This document shows positions 29,101-40,658 of a stretch of 64,000 nucleotides of DNA, piece by piece. The stretch covers positions 12,350,962-12,414,961 of the forward strand of contig NC_134034.1 of assembly GCF_964204645.1 (NCBI RefSeq). The letters run 5' to 3'. The translations under genes were made by a program, and so were the position numbers. The notes under the pieces were generated by a model that had not been told where the DNA came from, ran no database searches, and was given only the letters and a program-made list of their open reading frames with translations. The DNA comes from Tubulanus polymorphus. Its lineage: Eukaryota; Animalia; Nemertea. Each line of letters opens with the position of its first letter. Position 1 is the stretch's first letter.

Positions 29101-32100
29101 CCATGTGTTTAGCTATTTCACTTCGACAAACCTTTGGCCGTTAGAAGTCGAACCCATTTGATTCGGATCCTTTGAGTAATCGTGTAATATCATTGACGAT
29201 CGATCTATACAACATAAATGTTTGTGAAATATTATAAGTTGGATGATGATTTTGCATATTAAACCGCATGAATCGGTCTCAAATGATCCGATTTAAGCGA
29301 ATTTGATTGTATCGAATGAAAAGAAAATGAATATATTTCTGAAACCGGGGGCTTGATTAGGGGATTTGTAGTATGTGATTACGTAAATCGATAAAATGCT
29401 TTTATTTGCTCGTGCGATGGTAAAGTACGAATGAGCAAGTTTTCTGCACGCTGTTCAGTTAGGTGTTTATTCGATCGAAATATGATAACGATATAAAAAC
29501 GGTTCTAACATTTTGAATTTGAATTATCTTGATAATTCGATAGTTTGTACACATATACTCGGTAACAACATCTAACGCACTTGAATGTTCTTCGCACCAT
29601 GCTGGGTCCAGTTGCTTAAAAGTTGTTTAGAATTCATGGGTGGAAAAGTGACTAGGATTAAAGTTGTAACTACAGTAAGTCAGATAAATCTGACTTATGA
29701 CTGAATCCTGGGTGCCGGTTCCATAGTCGTCACTCAAGTCCAAAACTGGTCTTCATTCTTTAGACTGATCTTAAGTTGTTAGATTGGCTACAGAACTAAG
29801 ATAGTCTTAGACTGGTCTTTAGTCTAAGCCATGACTATGGAACCGGCCCCTTGGGCTGGTTGCACAGTCATGGCTGATATTAAAGACCAGTCTTAAGACC
29901 GAGTTAGTTCTGTAAGACTTAATCCAAGTCTTAAAGATTTAAGACCACTTTTGTTTGGAGATGAAGTCACGACTGTGTAACTGAGCCCTAATGTACATTA
30001 TGATAATTGCTCTTTTGAGCAAACTGGTCCCGGGTCAGGAATTTCTATGTTTAATACCGAGCAGATTTATTTAAATCACCAATTTCCTTAATTGGTTTGA
30101 GTGACTCACAGGTTCAAACTTATATTTTCAAGTTCTCATTTTGTCTTAACGGGCGGCTCTGTGGTGCCCTCCCCGGCTGCCAGCCATAGCCGCGATAACT
30201 CTCCCACTATTTCATCACTTAATACAGGGGTCAGATTGGTAAAACTTGTAAAAAGTGGATGTCCGCTTAAAGTTTTGTGAGATACGTAAAAAATCATGAA
30301 AATGTGTCGTAAAAATCTGTTCAGATCACGATCAGTAACTGCTTAATGTTTTGTACCTTAAGCAAAGTGTAAGGATATAAAAATTTCTAAATATGAAAAG
30401 AGTTTATCAATCTGACTCCTGCTATCGAATATCGAAAATTCCTCGGGTTTCGGGTCGCGAAGTTGATAGTTTCATATTTGTCGTTTTCGTAACAAATATA
30501 GCAAAGAATACGAGTCTCGAGTCGCGGAACAGCCTGTAGAGCAGACGTTTGACAAATCGACCGAGGTGTTGTCCGATAGTTGTTACGACCACACCGGCGA
30601 CGACCTCGACACCTCGTATTTAAACAGCGACAAAAACAAACAACGGTAACTTTTTTCATTCGAAAAACAATTTCGTCGGATTAAATTTTTCGCATTTTTC
30701 TTTTTCAAAGACTCGAAAGAGCGAACGAGTCGGTGTCGATTTTATCGGACATCAGCTACGATAAAACCGACGATGACCTCGAAACGTCGTATTTACGCAG
30801 CGGTCGCAAGTGGAAACGCAAACAGGCGTCGGCGCCACCTATCGAAGAAGAGGAAGACGACAATCGCAAGTCGCCGCCGAAACGAGCTCGTACGAGCACC
30901 GAGGTACGTTACTCGCCCGACCCTCGCTCGGGGGCAGGGGGTTTTTCTCACCCAACCCTCAATCGGGGGTAGGGGGCATTACCTACCCAACCCTATCACT
31001 CGGGGCAGGGGCTCTGCTAGGGTGATAATACTGTATTGTTATTGTCGATGATAATCGGACCTACGACCTCAGTCTGCACCCTGTGAACCCACCCCCTAGC
31101 ACACAGTGCTTAATATTCCCATTTATTTATTCATGGTTCAGACTGAAGGGGCTGGTTACAGCCTAACGGTGGCCACTTGCCTGGAAATAAAGGAGAAGTC
31201 GGGGAATGTTCTTTTCTTTATAAAAGTCAAGGAATTTTGTGTAGAAGCTAAAAAATCAGGGAAATATGTTGAGATGATATGGTGTAAAATCAAACAGTTT
31301 CCGTCTATGTTTTATGTATTTGACTGCGTTCATTGATTGGATTTCTAGTAGATCAAATCGGGGAATAGGCGGGGTAGAAGCAAGTCGAACAAAAGTGGCC
31401 ACCTTTAGAGCTATTCCCATTGATTGATGGTTGAGATTGAAGTGTTTTTACTGGTATTGTGAAGTGCTGTGTATTTTGTATATAGACCGGCGGCGAAGAT
31501 GTGAAGAATACGTCAGTTACGGCTAAAACGACGATAACGATACCGCACAACGGAGGACCGATGTTAGCAGTGTCAGAGATAACTACAGATACGCCTAAAC
31601 ATCACAGTACGTTCATTCCATCCTCGCTGGAACTATAGCGTGATTTCATCGAAAAACGCATTTAAAACTGCGCTCAAACGCGGTTCAGTTGTCAGAATTG
31701 ATTGACTTTTAAGCAATGTGACGACTTATCCTAATGATGGACTTAGATTTAGTGAAATGAATTAGAAATACAAATTAAGACTAAAAAATGTTACGTTTTA
31801 TCCAAATGACGACTTACCGCGTTTGATTCTGTCTAATTCCTAAGTTAATGTTTTATGTCCTTTTTTTCAACAGCTACGAACGACAACAACAGTAACGCCG
31901 CCTATCATCTCAAAGACGGCCCTCCTCAAACTCCCGGGTAAGTGTTCGTCGGTCTGTCGAGGGAGCTGTCATTGATTGAAAACTAAAACTGAACTGAGAT
32001 CACTCGGGGATCATCCAGTTTTTCTCAGCATCAGGGGCGAGGCAGTTCAACGCTGTTGGACTTAAATTTCATGGCCACTATAGAAAAAAATCCAAACAAT

Positions 32101-35100
32101 TAATTTTCAACTGGACTTATAACTGTTAGCCTTAGCGATCATCACAAAAGGATATTGGAACCAAAATAATTTCTTGTGTTGTTTGAATAATCCCACTTTT
32201 TATTCAATTTTTTGTTGACAGTTGCCCGATTACGAGGTCTCACAGTTCAGCGTCTAAACTAAACCGAGCGCACGCCTTCGTACAGAAAACAGTCATCAAA
32301 CCGGAGTCTTGCACTGTGGTAAGTTACCATTCACCGGGACTGGGGCTCAACAGTTTCTCGTTCAGATTGACTCAACGGTTTATATTAGTTAATTTCAAAA
32401 AGGTTAAATCTGAACTAAATGTCTATGGAACTGGATTCAGATATTTTTGGAACCGTTTAAAATACTTGATATATCTGTAGAATTGATCGTTTTTGTAGCT
32501 ACCCGGTATTCTCTAGTGACTCAGTCAGTGATTGATTTGTTTGTTCGATTATTTTCTAGTGCGGGAAACGTTTACGATTCGGAAAGACTGCCTATAAATG
32601 CAGAGGTATGTTATAAAGAATTCTGAAATAACAACAGTCACAGTTCTGGACTGAGTTCCATAGGCGTCCGCACGACTCTGCTCTCGAGTTGTTTCAACGG
32701 AACCGGTAATTTTAAAATCATTTTACAGATTGTCGAACTTCAACTCATCCGGAATGTAAAGAGAAAGCTCCGTTTCCGTGTATCCCGGCGACGCCGAGTT
32801 CACCTCACAATAATCGTAGAGACGCCGTAAGTACCGTCGCTACAACTGCCGCAGACAATCAGAAAATTTAGAGAAAAAAATGAGGGTAAAATCTACAGGA
32901 TATTTTTTAAGGTATCTTGTTATTAATTTTCAGTTGACAATCACTGATTTCGTGACTAATGAATCTCCGATGGTTCCGGCACTCGTGGTAAGTACCCGGC
33001 CCGCACGAGGAGGAGGGGAGGAGTACCCGGCCCGCAGAGGGGGAGGGGAGGAGTACCGGCCCGCAGAGGGGGAGGGGAGGAGTACCTGGCCCACAGAGGG
33101 GGAGGTGTACCTGTCCCGCAGAGGGGGAGGGGAGGTGTCTGTATTGGATTAGTATTCCGTCACTCGTAGTAAGTACCCGGCCCGCAGAGGGGGAGGAGTA
33201 CCCGGCCCGCACGAGGGGTAGCGGAGGTGGCTGTATTCGATAAGTAAAGTTGAATTTCTCAATGTTAACCGGACGTGTTATAAATGTAGACAGTATATTA
33301 TTTTGTTTGTAGATCCACTGCGTGAATGAGATCGAACTACGAGGTTTAACCGAGGCCGGTCTCTATCGTTTATCCGGCAGCGACCGAGAAGTTAAAGAGT
33401 TGAAGGAGAGATTTCTACGCGGACGAGGTCTGCCTAATCTCGTAAGTACCTAGATGCCTCTTACTCCCTTCTCCCCCCCCCCCCCCCCCCGCGGACGAGG
33501 TCTGCCTAATCTCGTAAGTATCTCGATACCTCTTACCCCCTTCTCTCCCCCTGCGGACGAGGTCTTCCTAATCTCGTAAGTCTCTCGATACCTCTTACCC
33601 CCTTCTCTCCCCCTGCGGACGAGGTCTTCCTAATCTCGTAAGTCTCTCGATACCTCTTACCCCCTTCTCTCCCCCTGCGGACGAGGTCTTCCTAATCTCG
33701 TAAGTCTCTCGATACCTCTTACCCCCTTCTCTCCCCCTGCGGACGAGGTCTTCCTAATCTCGTAATTCTCTCGATACCTCTTACCCCCTTCTCTCCCCCC
33801 TGTATTTCTCTCTGTCCTCTCTACCTATATCCATTTCCTCTCATCTCTCCTCCCCTTATCTCCCTACCTATTATCCCTCTCTCCCTCTCTTTCCTCTCTC
33901 CACCATCTATTTCCCTCCAGCTTTCTCATCCCTCTATTCTCTCTTCTCTATCTCCCTCTTGCCCTGTATCTTGCTCGCTATTTCTGTTGACATTTTCTCA
34001 TCGAACATAGCTCATTTCCTCTTATCTTACTCTCCCTTTCTCCTCCTCTTCCCCTTTGTCCCCAATCTCTCATCGCTCTATCCTCTCCCTTATCTCTTTA
34101 TCTCCGTGTCTCCGAAAATTTACTCGTCTAATAAACTAAAATAGCTATTTTTTCACTGATTTGTATTTTGTGTAGTCAGCGATCTCCGATATAAACGTAG
34201 TGACCGGTTGTTTGAAGTCGTTTCTGCGCACGTTGAAAGAGCCGTTGATCACGAATCGATTGTGGAAGGATTTCGTCGCGGCCGCCGAATGCGAGAATCA
34301 TCAACAGGCGATGGATCGTATGTTTACGGCCGTTAAAAATCTGCCGCAAGCGAACAGGGACACGATCGCTTTTATTATACTGCATTTACAACGGTGAGTT
34401 TCCCCATCGCTTAACTACACAACCCTCGACCTGGACCCTGCGCTCCCTTAGCCTGGAACCTTCATCCCCCTCAACCTGGACCCTGCACTCCCTCAACTTG
34501 GAACCTGCACTCCCTCGACCTGGAACCATCATCCCCCTCAACCTGGAACCTGCACTAGCTCAACCTGGAACCTGCACTCCCTCAGCCTGGAACCTGCACT
34601 CCCTCAACCTGGAACCTGCATCCCCTCTGTCATTCAAAACTTCAGCACCATTCTTTCTATTTCTGATCGTCCACACTTCACTTTTGTTCAGGACTTCACC
34701 AGAGATATTTTGAATTAAGAATGACAAAAACTACTAACACCAAACATTAAACATTTTAGCAGTTTACTTTCACAAACTGATCGTCCACACTTTCGACAAT
34801 ACCGTATGTCTGAATGATTGACTCCTCCAGGCTTTAGAACGTTGGAGCGGATATTTCCAGGCTAGAAACTCCTCCAGATGAAACGATTGATTATCCATCC
34901 GATAAACCGTGATATATTTGTTATTGTAGCGTATCGGATAGTCCCGATTGTAAAATGCCGATCAGTAATCTCGCTAAAGTGTTCGGTCCGACGATCGTCG
35001 GGTACTCTACGCAGAAACCGGAACCGTTACAGATGATCAATGAGACAAGACGTCAGGCTGCTGTAAGTATATTCTATCAATCAATCTACATTTGACTATT

Positions 35101-36299
35101 GAGTGTGATGGATTAGTCGACAGGAACAAGTCCGAACGGACGTATAGAGGCCGGCCCTTTCAAAATTGACATCGATATCAACATGGTTTTGGTTTTCATT
35201 CACAATCAGACAATCAGCGATGAATAGATAGATGGATTAAACTTTCGTGTTTTACTTCGGCGTTTGACGCCATTGGCGACTAGACGGCGCAAGCGCATGG
35301 TGCGCGATTTTAAGATTAAGATAAGTTTATCAACGAGTGTTGAACTGTAATTATTTGTTGCCTTGTGTTTTTCAGGTGATGGAAACGTTGATGAATATCT
35401 CCAGCGATTATTGGTCGGAATTAATCAACGACGACGACGAAGATGACGAGGATAATAACTACGATCGGCGCCACCAGGGCGGCGTTACCGGTACGCCGAC
35501 CGTATTGACGAGTATGTTAGGACCGGCGACGAACACGCCGGGTTCCCGTCCCCGGCAACAACACGGGTTTACTACAGCCTCCAGGTACGTGGTTTCATCC
35601 TGTCTCTGAGCTTCATTCATTGAAGTTTAGTTTGTCCTTAAATCCTGCGCGGGTCATAGTTGTCCAGTTGTGCAGTCACAACTCGCAAAATGGTCTAATA
35701 TCTTCGTAATGGTCTTAAATTGTTAGATCAGTCTTAATTTGTTGTTAGATTGGTTAAAGAACCAAAATGAACTTAGACTGATCTTAAGTTGTTAGATTGG
35801 TTATAGAACCAAAATGAGCTTAGACTGGTCTTAAGTTGTTAGATTGGTTATAGAACCAAAATGAACTTAGACTGATCTTAATTTGTTAGATTGGTTATAG
35901 AACCAAAATGAGCTTAGACTGGTCTTAACTTGTTCTCTATAGAACCCCCTATAGAACCAAAATGAGCTTAGACTGGTCTGAAGCTATTAGATTGGTTATA
36001 GAACCAAAATGAACTTAGACTGATCTAAAGTTGTTAGATTGGTTATAGAACCAAGATGAGCTTAGACTGGTCTTAAGTTGTTAGATTGGTTATAGAACCA
36101 AGATGAGCTTAGACTGGTCTTAAGTTGTTAGATTGGTTATAGAACCAAGATGAGCTTAGACTGGTCTTAAGTTGTGAGATTTGACTGTAGAACTAAAATG
36201 GTCTCAAGTCTAAAGCCTGACTGTGATTGTATTATTCATTTCAGGTATAACAGTCATAAGACTCCGCGACAATTCTTTTCATCACCGACACTGAAATAG
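26153..36299 (+). CDS. RACGAP1: Rac GTPase-activating protein 1 (MgcRacGAP/CYK-4), ~616 aa (664 aa with cassette exon 30502-30645)
   Basis: Exons 26153-26246, 26812-26953, 27533-27593, 28542-28678, [30502-30645], 30711-30903, 31486-31606, 31874-31937, 32222-32318, 32560-32605, 32729-32826, 32934-32987, 33313-33441, 34176-34393, 34930-35062, 35376-35584, 36245-36299. Features: coiled coil ([13 protein letters not shown]), [12 protein letters not shown]1 domain ([25 protein letters not shown]...HPEC), RhoGAP ([24 protein letters not shown]), C-terminus FFSSPTLK*. Confidence 0.96.
27202..27344. mobile_element. Family-B PIF/Harbinger-like MITE with CTG TSD, inserted in a 44-bp tandem repeat
   Basis: TIRs GGGCCAGTTGCACAGT/ACTATGCAACCGGCCC; internal TTAAGACTGGTCTTAA near-palindromes. 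Other copies at 27854-27991, ~29711-29850, ~29854-29988, ~20818-20910, ~19056-19198. Confidence 0.75.
27762..28068. mobile_element. Penelope-like inverted pseudo-LTR remnant with a hammerhead interrupted by a family-B MITE (27854-27991)
   Basis: 27779-27829 is the reverse complement of 28003-28053. Removing the MITE and one CTG TSD restores ttcct-CTGAAGA-t-gaggtt(loop)aacctc-GAAA-cta-TA-aggaa. Confidence 0.7.
28113..28155 (+). ncRNA. Minimal type-I hammerhead ribozyme (Penelope-type), intact core
   Basis: ccgc-CTGATGA-t-ggctgtt(agtc)aacagcc-GAAA-CG-TT-gtgg. It has a 7-bp stem II, a palindromic ACGU helix III and helix I ccgc/gugg. Confidence 0.7.
28385..28446 (-). mobile_element. tRNA-derived SINE head (remnant)
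   Basis: Minus strand TGGCATGGTGG (A-box-like) ... GAGTTCGAATCC (B-box); no complete cloverleaf. Confidence 0.45.
28785..29105. mobile_element. MITE with TIR CATGGTTCCCACAG (copy 2)
   Basis: Perfect 14-bp TIRs; homologous to 7921-8228. Confidence 0.85.
30502..30645 (+). CDS. RacGAP1 extra (probably cassette) exon duplicating the SDxxYDxTxDDLxTSYL motif
   Basis: aaatatag|C ... CAACG|gtaact; 144 nt; phase 2->2; open: [49 protein letters not shown] 65-nt intron separates it from the next exon. Confidence 0.75.
33419..33800 (+). repeat. 62-bp minisatellite comprising the last 23 nt of a RacGAP1 exon plus its 5' splice site
   Basis: GCGGACGAGGTCTKCCTAATCTC|GTAAGT at 33419 (real exon end), 33491, 33553, 33615, 33677 and 33739 (GTAATT variant). 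Confidence 0.92.
35715..36225. repeat. 47-bp tandem repeat (expanded interior of MITE family B)
   Basis: About 10 units of the same motif as 11490-11750. Confidence 0.88.
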
Positions 36300-37628
36300 A
36301 TTCCGCCAACTACCGCTATCTCAACTACCGCTATCTCAACTACCGCTATCTCAACTAGGCTGCTTTACATTATCAAGAAAAACGAATGTGTTGTTATATC
36401 CTTTCTTAGCTCAAATGTCGTGTCAACAATTTCGAGGACTTTTTTAGATCGCCGTCTGTCACTGGTGTTTGTACGAATGGCATGAATAGAATTTAGGACC
36501 AAGTTCCGCAGAGACTTCTCAAGTCAAAAATAAGATTTTGATATTTTAAACTATTCAATAGTGAATCTGAACTGAAAACTGGAATGATTGCGGACCCCGA
36601 TCCACAGTGTATGGTTAATTTTTAAGCGGTACTTTTCGGGAACTGGGTCCCACTAAGCGTTTAGTAACTTAACTTCTGTTTAGTTTTATTAATAATTATC
36701 ATAATATTATTATGTCGTGTAATCTCTTGTCCCGTGTGCAATTTTTAATCTGTAGAAAAATTCGACTTGAGAATTTTGAAATGTCAAAGCAATTTCTCAA
36801 AGTCAAATGTCTCGAACGATTTGCATTTAATATATATGGGTAATTATTTTGTATCAGTTCGTACGTCTGAGGGGGTGGGTACAGATAGCTGATTGACAGC
36901 TGCAAGAGACTTTGCCATTCAAAAGTTGGCCGTCTCTTTGAGAGGGGTTAGAGACTCGTTTTCGAGTAATTCATCGGAAAACGTTTAAGTTAAGGAACAT
37001 TTGCTCATCTTTTTGACCCCCGCCCTTAGTTATAATAATATGTATACATTCGAGTAAATTAACCGTATGTTTTTGATGTCATCGACAATTTTTGACTTTT
37101 AATTTCATTGCTATGTTTTTAATACTTACCGTAAATTATTATCCAATAGAAGCTACGATAAATCGTCGCTTGCTTTTTACTAGAAAATACTCTTCTAAGC
37201 AGCGATAATCTTATTTTTTAATATCGCAATTTCCTGAATTGAAAATCTATGCAAATTCGATCTAGTATGTAATAAAGTGTAAAATAAACTCTAATTCAAC
37301 TCTGCAATTCATTTGATATGTTTTAATTTAGGGGGTCATTAAACACAATGTGCATTAGTTCTCCAGTGTTATCGGTATCAATTTGCAGTCTGCAGCGTGC
37401 ACCGTCTTAGAACCTGCGTAACCCTCAGCCTGTGACCTTCACTATCCAATGCCTATATTACCATTCTTTATATTATCCGCATTTCACATCATCTGTCAAG
37501 GGATTTAAACTCACTAAGCTCACAACTCGTTACCAGCTAACCAGAATTAGGTCATACCAATCAGTGCTTGTTAACAAATGACATTAGCCTTAGAACGAGA
37601 AAGTATTTTTTTGCACGTTACACATCTG

Positions 37629-37787
37629 GGCCCGGTTTCATAGACTGGGTATCAAAGTTATCCCTAGGGGTAAATCCTCAATCTGGGTGACAACCACCAT
37701 AGTTACAATGAGAAACCATGGTTATAATTGACAAATTTCAAAATGTTCCCAGGGATTATTTTGCTTCCACATCTATGAAACCCAGCC
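37629..37787. mobile_element. Harbinger-like MITE
   Basis: CTG|GGCCCGGTTTCATAGA...TCTATGAAACCCAGCC|CAG (CWG flanks). A similar element at 60026-60154 has a CTG TSD. Confidence 0.6.
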
Positions 37788-37914
37788 CAGTACATTGTCT
37801 GAGACATTTCTAATTGAAAATGCAGATCAATACCTGCATAAAATGAGAGGACTAGAAAAATGTTTAGATTTTAAAAGATTAATCGTAGAGACATTAATTA
37901 TTTACGGTCAATGA

Positions 37915-39458
37915 TTAGAATTCATCTAAAACGTTAAAATGATTGTCTATCGAACCGGGTTCGTCGCCGAAATGAACCGCGTTCGTAACGTTCACTCCTA
38001 ATTCGCGTAACACCTTCACGAACTTCTTCTGTTCCTTTCCGATCCAGCCGCGCATCGGATCTTTCACCTGGTACGGGCTGACGTGGGCGTGAATCCGTAC
38101 GCCCGCGATATCGGCGACGCGGGCGAGCACGTCCCGATCGGTGACCCACGTGTTACCGCCGCCCGAATGGCCGCCGTCTAGCCAGTAAATCTCGCTCGTC
38201 GCGTCGACGAATTCGCTAAGTTTTTTGTCTTCGATTTTCGCCGATTTTAAATCGTATAAAAGTTGATTCAGAACGACGCATCCTTTACTGAACGCGCACA
38301 GAACCAACGCGAGTCGCGGGTCGAATTCCGCACCGGTTTTAACGCACGCGTTGCGTAACAGTCGTCGCAGGTGTTTCCACGATTGTTGACCGTCGCTATG
38401 CGTCGGCGAACCGAACGCGTTCGACTCGACGAAATTCGAATAAACGGCGAACGTTTTCAGGTGCATTCGAGTCGGTTTAACGAGCCAGACGTTCGCGCGT
38501 GGGAATCGAACGCTCAGACGAGACGCGACGTTCTCCAGACACCGCGCCACGTAGCGATGATTGTCGCGATGCGATAACATGTTCTCTTCGTAATCCTAAA
38601 ACCCCCCGCGAAAAAAAAAGGGGAAAAGATGTTTGAGAAATCGGCGTTCACTATATGGAATATCGCCACTGACCAGATGGCGCCACAAAACACTGGGTCA
38701 TTCGTAGTTTAAATCAGTTCATTTTCGATGAAATTTGAACCCGACTTTTAGATTTCTAAATGCGAAAATGATCATACGAGTCACGGATAAGATTCCACTT
38801 TCTCACTGAGATTATTGGAAAAAGATGTCGCTTAAAATTGATTCACTAATCAGATCGGTTGATTCAAATTAGATTAATTATTTCTGGCAGATCTGGGAAA
38901 ATTGTTGAATTCTGGATTCCCTGATCGGCTAGAACCCAGGAGAACTGAGAAGAGTTCTGTCAAACATTCTAAGAAATTTTAACAATAGCTAAGAGTTTAA
39001 ACCTGACATTATTTTTTAAAAGGATTGATATTTACCTGAACATCGCCTCCGAAGTATACAACATTCTGTTCTGCGACATGAGCCGACGACGGGGGGTGGA
39101 AAATGATGTCGTTAAATTTCCCCGGCAATCCCTCAACCTGTTCTAAACGCACTGATGTCATCGTCGCTCGACGAGGAGTTAGAAAGGAGGCCTTAGATCG
39201 GAAGGAGCCTGAGGTCAGCGCAGTCCAGAATTGACGAAGGGAACTCGATTTAGTAGCGGTCAATAGGCAGCAGGGACAGGGTGAGGAAGATGGGCAATTC
39301 AACGACGAAAAACCTCTAGAAATAGAATAACACGATTTATTTCAAATAGTACATCAAAATATTCCTAATAAAAATGACTAGTTCAATACCTGGTCAGATT
39401 TGTAGCGAAGAAAACACGAAAGAAAATTATCTTACGATTCATTTATTTTATTTACCAT
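37915..39458 (-). CDS. C2orf69: Mitochondrial protein C2orf69 homologue (UPF0565), ~327-337 aa
   Basis: Exons 39436-39458 or 39390-39442 (alternative first exons), 39036-39315, 37915-38595. Motifs VVYFGGDVQ|DY, LENVA..L..RFP, FVESNAFGSP, AFSKGCVVLNQLL, YWLDGGHSGG.NTWVT, HVSPYQV.DPMRGWIGKE. Confidence 0.9.
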
Positions 39459-40658
39459 GGCGCGACGACCTTGAGAACTCGCTTAATTTGTTAACTCGGT
39501 GGCAGCACCGTACGGTCAACTAGCGGAACTTCTGTGAACTAGCGAGGTGGCTAGACTGGTTATGGAGGGACCGGCAACCAGTCTAGCTAGGTCGTACGCC
39601 CGCAGTTAACCGTAAAGCCATTTTTAACCAAATACAGACATTTCAAAATGAACTCGGGCCGCATCAAATCATGTACAGTTAATAAATGATAGTGTATGCA
39701 GATTTTATTGATATTCCCGCAAGCTTGGGGGCAGCACCATATGGTCATCTCGAAATACTGCGGGCTAGTCCAGTTCTAGTTCTGGGCTATATCGAACTAT
39801 TTTCGGGTTATATAATATACATTCGATGTAGTTATTTCCACTTTTATGAAACAGTCACAGCACGTACAGTGAATTACATTAGTTTGCAGAAATTCCACGA
39901 GGTGACACTACGGGTAGTGTCTCCACCAAGTTCGGGCATCGGGTGGCGACAATCAGTTTGGCTCAGCCCGCCTAATTCAAGATTACTAAGCTGTTCGACT
40001 CTATGAATGTGGTGAGTTTCAAAGTCATTGGTTTTTGTATATGGTCACCAGGGGGCGTTGAATATTGAAATTGTAAGATTGTTGAGCATTTGAAACCACA
40101 GGGGCTTGTCACAATTTGATAATGAATGGATGATACCAGTGCAGTGGCAGTATCCTGCTTAAATACTACACGGATACTGGTATCATCAATTCATTATCAA
40201 ATTGTGACAAGCCCCTGTGATGGAAACCACTTCCCAAGGTGGGCATGGTGTCCCTGGACCCCTAGTTTGGGTTTACGTTGCTTTAACATTGGTAAATTAA
40301 TCTACGGCCATGAACACTAAATCATCAAAACAGCGAGTGCGCAAACATAAATTTAATCCTTAATTCTAGTAATCCTGCCGTGAAAATATCCAGTGTTTTG
40401 AAGCATGAAACAACCCGAAGCGAATCTCTTTACCACATACTGTGCTGAAAAAAATCAACACTTTTCATTCATAAATTCATTTTTGAGGGTTATTCAAAGT
40501 ATGAGAACTGTTGAATTTTTTTAGACGGCCGGCGAGTGAACGTGTTAAAGTGGAGTGTCTACTCTATGTTGGACCTTATCTTAATCATTGTTGACCCTGT
40601 TAATCTGTGATTCTGTTTGTTTTTAGATTCGACGTTAGGCTGATTTTTGAACGTCGCG

